DNA of 62,723 nucleotides, the filler included, from Octopus bimaculoides (Eukaryota): NCBI RefSeq assembly GCF_001194135.2. It is 7 parts of 6 records of this genome, joined end to end, with 100 filler letters (N's around TTAATTAATTAA, not from the genome) between each part and the next. Parts side by side here need not be neighbours in the genome. Positions count along the whole stretch, not along the records: positions 43,659 to 58,608 come from NC_068996.1; positions 58,709 to 62,723 come from NC_068982.1; 5 more parts are not named here. One strand, 5' to 3'. Positions 52,239 through 62,723 of this stretch are shown piece by piece (within the stretch, counting starts at the first letter, position 1; each line of letters starts with the position of its first letter). The translations under genes were made by a program, and so were the position numbers. Below the pieces are notes generated by a model. The model was given only the letters and a program-made list of their open reading frames with translations, made no database searches and was not told the DNA's origin.

Positions 52239-53106
52239 TGTGCATACATACGAACATCACCAATTCAATCACGTACACTTACATGTGTGTGTGTGTGTGT
52301 GTGTGTGCGTGCGTCACACACACACACACACACACACATTTTTTTTCGTCACTGTCTCCTGTTCGTTCGCTATTTCCAGCAGCTTCTCGCCGCTTACACT
52401 ACCAAAAGTAAACAATGTTATCGTTAAAGGCGTGAAACTGTAAGGATCTTCTGGACGATAACTGATGTGGAATTAGCAACGTCTCGTCCTGTGTGTAAAT
52501 TTTCTGTTTCTTCCTTTGTTTCGTCTCTGTTCAAATTTTAGAACTTATTATTTAATGTAACGCTACACAAGCTACTTATTTCTTAATTTTTACCCATTCA
52601 TTTGAATATTTTTCGTCTTGGAAAACACTGATCGAAAAATCATTAATGTTTTGATTAGCCGCCCGACTGAATAAAACTCTGCCTTTTCCTTTTATCTACA
52701 TTAGTGCATATCCTGTTATTTTATGTCCCGAATGAGTAATATTCGTTCATCTGAAAGTCTCTGACTAAGTTCAAGCTGTCTCTCAGCATCTCCTTACCAA
52801 AATGATTTTTCCTTCATATTGTGTACATTTCTCCAAATACTGACACTGCGTTGCAGCTTGTCTTTGTGAAATTATACGTTCTTCATACATGACAAATTAT
52901 TCAAGCATAAAAAGGGTTTCTTAAAAGTGGTTGTAAGAAAGTAATCATTCAGTTATTTTTCTGAAATGATGGAATGGAAAAAATTAAGGTGGATAGATAG
53001 TGCCAGTGAGTCTAAGTTGCTGTTGCGCTGAGAGGGATCGAGGTAAAAACTGTAATGGATTCACAGACAGGCAGACAAGCAGACAAATAGACAGACAGAC
53101 AGACAT

Positions 53107-53181
<75 letters not shown>

Positions 53182-53277
53182 TGTAGGAAGGTTATGTAGA
53201 AACACAGAAAGACATGCACACACAGACACCACACACACACATACATATGTATGCATAACTTTCTCTCTCTCTTTCTA

Positions 53278-53331
<54 letters not shown>

Positions 53332-53831
53332 AAAATAGACAGATACACAAATAAACAGATAGATCTCGAAAAGTAAACAAAGGAAAACAAATGTTTATAT
53401 GTAAGTTTTCTTAAGGAAGTGGAAATTCGAATTTTTTTTCCATCAGTATATGGAATGTATACACTATGTGCCTTTGTATACATTCTATTTTTGTGAACAA
53501 CACTTTAGCATTTAAAGCTGTTGAATTTCTACCACTAAATAAGATTTACTTTACAAATCATCCCACACGAGCTGGAATCGTTGTTTCTGTTTTGCATTTG
53601 TCTCATAATGCCCCAAAACAACGTTTCTACTTCTTTACTCCAACAATGTCTAATTATTCTGTCTGTCTTTTGAATTTGAAAGTTCATTCTGCTTTCTTAA
53701 TGCCTAATTAATGTTTTAAAATTCATATATTTTGATGATTTGCGGTGCATCACAACATTTATAAGAAATATACTTCTCTTTATTGTTGCCCGAAGACTTC
53801 TTTTGAGGTAAGTTGCTGGCATCCTATAGAG

Positions 53832-54253
53832 CAGTGGTTCTCGAAGTGGGCGGTATTNNNNNNNNNNNNNNNNNNNNNNNNNNNNNNNNNNNNNNNNNNN
53901 NNNNNNNNNNNNNNNNNNNNNNNNNNNNNNNNNNNNNNNNNNNNNNNNNNNNNNNNNNNNNNNNNNNNNNNNNNNNNNNNNNNNNNNNNNNNNNNNGAAT
54001 AAAAGTGAATAAAAGTGGGGCGATAATGGAATAGCAATTCATGTAAAATGTGGGGCAATAATGGGGTAAATGGTTCATGTAAAAACAACAAAATAATGGG
54101 TTTGTGAGGCTAAGTTTTATTTGTGAAATACAGTTGCTTTGAATTTGCTTCAGAAAGAAGTCTACGTTTGTGATGGTTACTTGGGATGGGGGCGCTAGGA
54201 ATGTAGCCTGGGTGTCAAGGGGGCGGCAACCCGAAAAAGTTTGGGAACCACTG
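53832..54253. mobile_element. hAT MITE
   Basis: TIRs CAGTGGTTCTC / GGGAACCACTG; TSD CTATAGAG / TTATAGAG (7 of 8); internal gap. Confidence 0.88.
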
Positions 54254-54543
54254 TTATAGAGCAATGACACTTAAGTTTGATCTTGATTCCTTTCTATTAA
54301 GTCCAATAAAAATCTTTCTTTCTAAATTTTCAAATAAAGTCTCCACTTACTTGTGAGATTTGTTCTGTTTATTTTTTTGTATTCAGAAATTCATTCCGCT
54401 ATCTTCAATGTCTCATAATATTTTAATGTTCATAAATTCAGTTGATTCGACCGGCATCGCAACAGTCATAAGAAATTTCGATGTTACGTCAGCATGTAGT
54501 TTACCGCAGTATCTGTAGTCGACGCTGTGAAATGACCTGATCT

Positions 54544-54581
54544 GGGTTAGGGTTAGGGTTAGGGTTAGGGTTAGGGTTAGG
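54544..54581 (+). repeat. Interstitial telomeric-type repeat (GGGTTA)6
   Basis: Six perfect hexamers read directly from the sequence. Confidence 0.9.
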
Positions 54582-54936
54582 ACTAGGAACAGTTTAAAAT
54601 CAGAGTGAAAATTCAGAAGGCCAAAGTGTGTTAGTACCTTCTCATGCCTACACAAGAAATGTTGCTCTTCATGAACTTCTGCAGTGAATCATACCTGTAT
54701 AGTATTTTGGGTGTGATAAATATAATTTTCTTATCTTCCTGTTAATTTGGCATTTTTATTTACTTCCTCATCCTCTAATTATCAACTTTCATCGGGTAAC
54801 TTTTTCCACATTAACTCCGTCATTATCGACGGCTTACTCTAATTTTGCAATAAGTTAGCTCAATAAGTTAACTGCTTTTAACAATTGTGTTGAAAAATAT
54901 ATATCTCCATCTGTGTGTGTGTGCGCACGCACACGT

Positions 54937-54975
<39 letters not shown>

Positions 54976-55128
54976 CACACACACNNNNNNNNNNNNNNNN
55001 NNNNNNNNNNNNNNNNNNNNNNNNNNNNNNNNNNNNCACACATACAAGGTAGGCCAAAAGTCGCGCAACAAAGCATTTGACGGTTTATTTACATTATTAT
55101 CGTTTATTATTATTATATTCTTCTTCTT

Positions 55129-55229
<101 letters not shown>

Positions 55230-55245
55230 TATTATTATTATTATT

Positions 55246-55612
55246 GAGAAGACCCGTCAAGCCAATTCAAATCGTAGTCTTGACTGATGCTGGTGTCATG
55301 TAACTGGCACCCGTGCCGTTGGCACTTAAAAAGCACCTTTTGAGCGTTGGGTCTCACGGACGCAAAGTGGTTGAAACTGGTGGCACGTGAAAAGCTCCTT
55401 TCACAGAGGCAATGACCGAGACTTTTGGCATTATGTCGTGATTGAGAAGAAGACCCATCAAGCCAAGTAAAACCACAGTCGTGGCAGATACCAGTGTCAT
55501 GCAAATGATACCCATGCCAGTAGCAAGTAAAAGCACCCATTACAATCTTGGAATGGTTGGCGTTGGGAAGGGCATCCAGCCATAGAAATCATGCCAAATC
55601 GGACTAATAATA
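55246..55612 (+). mobile_element. Family F repeat with internal ~200-bp tandem duplication
   Basis: GAGAAGACCC.TCAAGCCAA...GTGTCATG at 55246 and 55444; ends TGGTTGGCGTTGGGAAGGGCATCCAGCC. Confidence 0.72.
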
Positions 55613-55771
55613 TATTTGATCTCTTCACTATGGATATAATGTTAACTTATTGTAGTCATCGTTTACTGTATTAAATATATTAGCACCCCATTTCGCTATC
55701 TGCTCCTTTTATATATAGTTAATGGTATAATTTAGTCTCATCAAGAAGTACGACTATCTCAAAATATTTAC

Positions 55772-55873
55772 CTAAGAAGTAGATAACAGCAATTGCTTCT
55801 TGACACAAGTTGTTAAGGAATACAGAAGTTAAGGCCACTTCTTTGTCTGCATTCATCTTCCTTCTCAAGGCTA
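55772..55873 (-). CDS. Candidate 102-nt symmetric (phase 1-1) exon, xALRRKMNADKEVALTSVFLNNLCQEAIAVIYFLx; product unknown
   Basis: Acceptor CAACTTCTTTCAG|, donor TTAG|GTAAAT, only one of three frames open, unique sequence; no homology recognised. Confidence 0.25.
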
Positions 55874-56543
55874 CTGAAAGAAGTTGACGTGGTCCTTACC
55901 CGAGAGGAACTTCCTTCGTCACAGATTCCAGAAATAGGAAACTATTCGCCTTTCTTTAATAAAAGAAGTTGAAGGTTTGACTTCACAATAGATCTGGATA
56001 TTTGCTAGCCAGTTCTGTCTCTCACGTGATAACGATTGATCGACATAAACCCACGAATCAGCAATATACAGGCATTGAATGAATGCATGCGAGACGATTT
56101 TTTTCGCTCTGAAATCAACTTGGATAGCTTTAGTTATTGGTGTCCGTGGATTAAATCAATATCGATAACGCTTTGTAAAAATACTGTTGTAGGGGAAAAA
56201 TAGATTGGAGAGGTGCCTAGTTAACAAGAAGAAGAGATTAGAAAAGATATTGCGACCGACAACTGGCAGCAAGAATACCTCTCGATCATTCCTTCAACGC
56301 GAAACATGAAGGTTATGTTATCTGAGTTATGTCTTTTGTATTAAAACAGGAGGGAACAAAAACCATTCAAATGGTACGAGCGACGGCGGTATTCTAAGTC
56401 ACAATTCGATCTTTGACAGACGGTAACCGGCGCATTCTACACTATCTCCAATAGATCCTTGTGATTTTCCAGTAACCTTTTGCTCGAATTTTCATGGTGA
56501 TAGGTCAGGCGATAAGGAATTTTAGTGACTACCTTAATAGCCT

Positions 56544-56613
<70 letters not shown>

Positions 56614-56634
56614 CCGACTGACGGACGGACAGAT

Positions 56635-56808
56635 AGGTATACAACGAGCCTCCATACAGTCTCCGTTTGCCAAATTGACTCACAAATCATTGATCGTTCC
56701 AGAACTATAGTAGAAAACACATCCACAAGATGCCATGCAGTGGCACTGAATCTGAAATCGTGTGGATGGAAAGCGAGCATCTTAACAACAAAGCCAAACT
56801 TGCGCCTA
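56635..56808 (-). mobile_element. SINE family C 5' half, degenerate
   Basis: Minus strand TAGGCGCAAG.TTGGCTTTG..TTCAGTGCCACTGCATGGCATCTTG. Confidence 0.7.
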
Positions 56809-57261
56809 TGTGCTAAAAAGAAAAAAAAAAGACGAAGAAGAAAAGATGATCATTCGTAAACTCTATCGGAGAAATTTTTAAACGATTGCGAGAAAATTCA
56901 TGGTGTTAATAAAAGGAAAATAACTTTCTACTATACTTGTTTGAAAGCTACAAAGAAAAGAATCTGTATTTACTATCAATATTAAATTTTAACGAAGAGT
57001 TACAACGGATTTATGTTTCAAGATAGAGGGTGCATAATGAAGCTATGCAGCCTTATACTCTCTCTATAGCCTTATAGCAAGTGGGTGGTAAGAATTAAAT
57101 AAAACTGAAGATATAATTATATTTCTGACAAAATGTTGGGCGAAATTGCTTAAATAAAAGGAAGCAAAAAACAAAATGAAATGAAACTTCTTAAAACCAG
57201 AAGAAATATATACAGTTTTAATTTTAAAACGGTTTAAAAATAAGATTATAATTATATCTAT

Positions 57262-58548
57262 CCCCTTATCCATCGTCTTCACCCGCTATTTCTGAGATGA
57301 TTGTGGGGACAGAGCTCTCAAGCACCTCCTCCTTATGGTTCTGTCAGAAGCAACTATCATTAGACTTTCCTGCTGGATTCTCAAGCATGACCAACTGAAA
57401 CTATGAATATTATCCAACCATCTCATTCTTGATCTACCCCTAGATCTCTCCCAGGTTAGCTCAGTTTCAAGAATCGGTTATGCGATTCTTTCCTGCGACA
57501 TTCTAATCATGTCTGTAGCAACAGAGTTGTGATCTCACAGTGCGCAGAAGTAGCGGCTCGACCTGATCTCCAAGCTTCGCATCCTGTCGAGTGATGTTAC
57601 TCCAGAGATCCTTCACTTATATTCAAGATCGCACTCTTTCGATAATTACCCTACATTCATGACCATAGGTGAGGGCAGGAGCGAAAACCAGATTGAAGAT
57701 AGAGAGAATTGGGCATTTTTACAATCATCTCACCTTCTGAGGCTTGAATGCTGAAGCTGACGTATTGTGCAAGCATCTGCAATTCTAGAATCCGGTTCAA
57801 GCGCCTGCCTTCTATCATTCGTAAATACGACTCCGAGATACTTAAACTTCACAACTTGTTTCAGTGATGTTCTACATACATGCAGAATGTACTGGGAAGA
57901 CATTCTAGAGAGGACCAATATCTCAGTCTTCGCAACATTAATTCTCGTCCCTGCCTTGCAGCACTCGGCAGCGAATCCATTTAGTGCATGCTGGGAATCA
58001 CCTTCTCATGAGCCAAATTGCATCATATCGTCTGCAAATATCAACCGACCGATCCTACATCCACCAATTGTAATGCCACGTCCACAACGGCTGCATATGT
58101 CAATCCAGCTCATAAAAATTATGAAAAGGGAACATGCCAATATATACCTCTGCCGAAGTCCAAAACTCACGTTGAAAGATTTCGGCTGTGTACCATTTAC
58201 CCGAAAGCAAATGTCTAGGCATTCGTATAGGGACTTCACGGCAACCAAAAGTTGCCCATTAATTCCAAACTCCTATAAAACTTACCATAGCATGTTCCGC
58301 AGGCTTTACGAAATCTACAAAGCAAGCGTATTCCTCTTGACACTATTCCCACGATTTCTCGAAGACACGCTGTAGAGTGAAGATCTGGTCGGTTGTGTTG
58401 CATCCAGGACTGAAGCCACACGGTTCTTCAGCTAGCTTGGGTTCGACAATTTCCCTACTCTCTTTCCTAGAAACCTTGCGTAGCCTTTACCGAAGAGGCT
58501 CAACAAGGAGATTCCTCTACAATTAGAACACCTCTCTTTTCTCCCTGT
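57262..58548 (-). mobile_element. 5'-truncated RTE-clade (Rex3/Expander-like) LINE RT relic
   Basis: RGISLLSL, CGFSPG..TTDQIFTL, ACFVDFRKA, GLRQ, LIFADD, KFKYLGV, LTYGHE, GRSRMRWLDNI; stops and frameshifts. Confidence 0.92.
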
Positions 58549-58562
58549 ATACATGTGTGTGT

Positions 58563-58608
<46 letters not shown>

Positions 58609-58708
58609 NNNNNNNNNNNNNNNNNNNNNNNNNNNNNNNNNNNNNNNNNNNNTTAATTAATTAANNNNNNNNNNNNNNNNNNNNNNNNNNNNNNNNNNNN
58701 NNNNNNNN

Positions 58709-58751
<43 letters not shown>

Positions 58752-58766
58752 ATATATATATGTATG

Positions 58767-58797
<31 letters not shown>

Positions 58798-59662
58798 TTA
58801 TGTATGCATGTATGTAGGTAGGTAGGTATTTAAATAAGAAATAAAATGGGGAACATGCGTAGTGAGATAATAATTAAGAAAACATATACTATTCTTATAA
58901 TTTCCTGACAAGAAAATATATAGGAACATTTTCCAAGTGATGGTTGATTTTTTTTTTCCTTGATAATTCAATTTCAACATCTACTGTCAAATTATGGCAC
59001 TCGCCTGAAGCATTAATAAACCGGAATATGAGAACCGAAAAGTTAGATACGACATCGTGATTCGTGATTCGATACTGAAGATTCTTTTCGGCATTATCTA
59101 GTTAACATTGATGATATTTAAAAGTTTCTTGCAACCTGTCAAATAGTATGCATTATAAGAAAGAACGGTTTTCTTTATCACTTATGTTTACATTATCTTA
59201 TATTACAGATAAAATATTCAAACTCGCTGTCCAATTTTAAAACTAGCAAGACGTTTTGTGCCAAGAATTCCATGTTCATTAGTGCGTCTCATTTTCAATC
59301 TACATTTATCTATTATCAATGCCATGGATATGATTTAATAAGGTGAAGTCAGCTATGAAGGGTTAGGAAATCAACGAATGAAACACCAGACACAGCATAA
59401 CGTGATTCTTGTGTCATATATTTTAACAAAAGTCATATACTAGTAATTCTTGCATGTATCACCCATTGATTATACGGTGAAATTGTTAGTTCAAGCTAAT
59501 ATGTACATGGGAAAAGTAAAAGCACATACAAACAAAACAATATAAAATCATGAATCCATTTGAGATATGCAAAGAACAGTATAGAATAAGACATTTATTT
59601 ACCTAATCGTTAACGTTCATATGTATATATGAACATACATACATCCATACATACACACATAC

Positions 59663-59743
<81 letters not shown>

Positions 59744-60360
59744 GTTTGTATGCATCTCTGTATAAATCTTTGAGTGTGTGTCTGTGTATGAATATGTGTG
59801 TTATTTTTGTATGTGAACGTTCTTGCATGTGCAAGATTCATGACATAAATGATTCTCTGATATCAAGAAAGACAATTTTAAACTTTCTCTAAGAAAAAAT
59901 CGATATTTGTGAAAAAGTATCTTTATTCTTTCGTAAGACATCATAAAGTTTGTAAATATATATGTATTATATTGTCATTTCCAGCATAGAAACCATACAA
60001 CAAATGATGACATATGTCTAGTCGGTCGAACAGTATATTCAATATAGTCGATCCCAATACTTTATCGTATAAAATGATCGTCAATCTTCATATCGGCAGC
60101 GTATATATTCAAAATGTAAAGAGACAAGAAAATACGTCAGCGATGAATCCGAAGATAAAGCGATTTTGTAAACACACCAGGCTTAACATTACATAATACT
60201 TTTAATAACATTGTATGCTCATACGTTGTGACCCATTTAACTTTGTAGACTGAACACAGTCTACATACAGACATTCAATTACATTTCAGTATAGTAAAAT
60301 GCCCAGATATCAATATATGCATTTACATACATACATACATATATCTACATATATCTACAG

Positions 60361-60400
<40 letters not shown>

Positions 60401-60479
60401 GATTGTCTAGAATGAGGTCTCTATAAATAAATATAATGCGTTTCATAGTCCTGTACGTTAACGATATTGTTCGTTACAT

Positions 60480-60693
60480 AATGCAGCGAACTGGCAGAAA
60501 CGTTAGCACGCCGGGTAGAATGCTAAGCTGCATATCATCTGTCTTTACGTTCTGAGTTCAAGTTCCGCCGAGGTCGACTTTGCCTTTCATCTTTTCGGGG
60601 TCGACAAATTAAGTACTAGTTGCGTACTGGGATCGATCTAATCGACTGTCCTCCTCTCCCAAAATTCGGGCCTTGTGCCTAGAGTAGAAAAGA
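60480..60693 (+). mobile_element. SINE family A, full length with 16-bp TSD
   Basis: ATATTGTTCGTTACAT at 60464-60479 and 60694-60709. Confidence 0.95.
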
Positions 60694-62089
60694 ATATTGT
60701 TCGTTACATGTGTTATCGAAATTAGTATAAATAAGGGAAACCCGTTCTGAGCCACGCATGAACACCACGCGTTTTTGTTTTCTTTTTTCTTGACCGTTAC
60801 TAATTGCAAATACAGAGATATACCTGCATAAAATGTGTGCATGTATGTGTGTGTGCTTTTGCAATTTTCTCTTTTATCTTCCTTCTGTCGATCCATGAAT
60901 TTGTTTGGGGCCAAAAAAAAAATAAAGAAAAGAAAAAAGTGAAATATTATTTTAGTATAAAATATGAAAATTTGCAAACTATATGAAATGGGTGTGTGCG
61001 TTAACGAACAGTTTGTACATACTCTCCCGACCATTTATATGCTTGCGCAGTCTACTAGTTGTTGTCATCCAAATTTCAGCTCGTTGGCTGAGTATATTTA
61101 CTTCAGAAAATCTGTTGGCAGTACAACATGTTCATTTCGAGTACCGTATGCATGCTTTTTCCCAGCACTTATACCTGTGCGTTGTGTATAAGTGATTTGC
61201 TCGAATTTCAACTCATTTAGCGGGTGAAATCACAGTTCCTTATACGAGTACGTTATCTACACGTAGTTTATTCATCAAATTTCAGCTCATTATAGGAGTT
61301 TAATTTTCCTGAGAATATTTATTCGTTATTCAATTTGCTGGCTCAGGGAGCCATTCCAACTTATTCCAACTTGGTGACACTAATACATAGATAGATAGAT
61401 ACATACATACAAACATACGTATATACATACATACATATATACATATATACATATATATAAACATACATACATATATAATGATTACATCATATTCACAGAT
61501 GATTGACGTCTCCTTTCCTTTCCGCGTTGTCAACAGCATGACCTCTCAGATGATTATTCAGTTCCGTTTCAGATCTGCATAGTTTGGAACATAGATAACA
61601 GAGGAAAGTTGTAACTTACTGTGCGCTTCCAACTGGTTAGCTCTGCAAATGTCGGCACTTTTCCATTTCCATAAAACTTTCAGTTGATGGAGTGATGAAT
61701 AGACATGTGGACTATCTGAGTCTTCTTGATTAATACCTAATGATAGGCCGAAACGAGAAGACCAGTAATCACGTGAAACCACAAGTTTTACACCAGAGTG
61801 TTCCTCTCTCAAAAGAATGCTGTGGCAACAGCTAGGGCTCTCTCACTAGTAGTGCTTTTATTGCACATACTGACACAGATGTAGCGCATTTCTGTTCTGT
61901 GCCTCCGTGCTCATATGGATTGTCCATATGATCACATAGACATAAGCTGGTTGACCGGTTGCTGGGACTCTGAGAGGTGCTACTACTCCGGGTCAGAGTC
62001 GATCTAGGAACAATAGTGTCTAGAAGGTGGTTGCACACCACTCAAAATCTCGAACGAGAGCCACACTGCATACATACGTACATACATTG

Positions 62090-62723
62090 TTGAACCTCTG
62101 TCTGTTCAGGAAATGGTTCATATATTGGAAAAGGTGGTAATCCGATGGTGCAAGGTTCGGACTGTAGGCGCAGAGAAGCAGCACTTCTAGCTACTCAAGT
62201 TCCTCAAGTTTGCACTTGCTCACATCGACAATATGTACTGGTGCATATTCATGTGGTAGGACTGCTCGACTCCGATTGATCAAAGTGATATACTCACTGC
62301 TTTGGTGTGCATAAAGGTTAGAGTTCACAGCGTGAACGTCTGCCACAATCGCAATGTCCTTCACTCCATCGAAATTCTACCAAACACGCAACATAACCTT
62401 CTATTTACCACCTTTCTTTGACAACAGGTTCTGTACCCCGTCCGAAACGAAGCCACTTATTTTCTCTTTTTAGGATCAGGAAAATAAATCCCCCAAAACG
62501 TGCATCTCAAGCGTCTTTTTTTTTCACAATGGTCAGTTCACGAGGATCTTCTCGGTAGTGTCTGTGTACAAAGCAGAGTTTATGAGTTTGCCTTTTGAAG
62601 GACCACGTCCTGCCGACAATGTACGAGTTCGACGGTTTAATCATTTCAAGCGAGGCTTCATCTTTCACAAGAAAATATCTCTCTGACATTGGTTTGTCTT
62701 CGAGCCTGGTGTCACCTTCTTTT
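62090..62723 (-). mobile_element. Degenerate mariner relic (continues beyond the window)
   Basis: EGDTRLEDKP.S, EDPRELT (=WVPHELT), KVMLRVW, AYSPNLAPSDYHLFQYMNHFL. Confidence 0.85.

Noticed and set aside
60960-61330. Three copies of an AAATTTCA(G/A)CTC motif
   Set aside because: Probably internal repeats of a decayed MITE; no ends could be defined.
61690-61785. Hammerhead-like fragments (CTAATGA..GGCCGAAAC; GTCTTCTTG/CGAGAAGAC stem)
   Set aside because: Core box mutated, and stem II and stem I cannot be formed in the right order.

Overview
AT-rich, gap-riddled animal (non-prokaryotic) DNA dense in microsatellites. The repeat families and the TTAATTAATTAA gap spacers suggest an Octopus draft assembly (inference). 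I could not recognise a host protein-coding gene: almost all ORF-track entries are translated microsatellites or N runs, and only a few weak candidate exons remain. The window is a transposon landscape: about 35 copies or fragments of at least three tRNA-derived SINE families, three mariner relics (one full length, about 1.29 kb), an RTE LINE 3' fragment, an old L1/Tx1-like relic, hAT and piggyBac-like MITEs, and a decayed Penelope-like element (PLE; RT plus C-terminal GIY-YIG, CxCx5Cx5C linker, Hydra-clade-like). The most interesting signal is two unrelated small non-coding elements carrying minimal type I hammerhead ribozyme (HHR) motifs. One is a tRNA-headed SINE-like element with an HHR tail in a head-to-head fold-back (19.9-20.3 kb). 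The other is a ~420-bp element with two tandem HHRs between (TG)n and (TA)n (38.3-38.7 kb). With the PLE, they suggest a ribozyme-bearing, microsatellite-associated retroposon system (inference). In addition, the three main SINE families carry closely similar short 3' hairpins (GTYGAT-N3-ATCRAC in families A and B).
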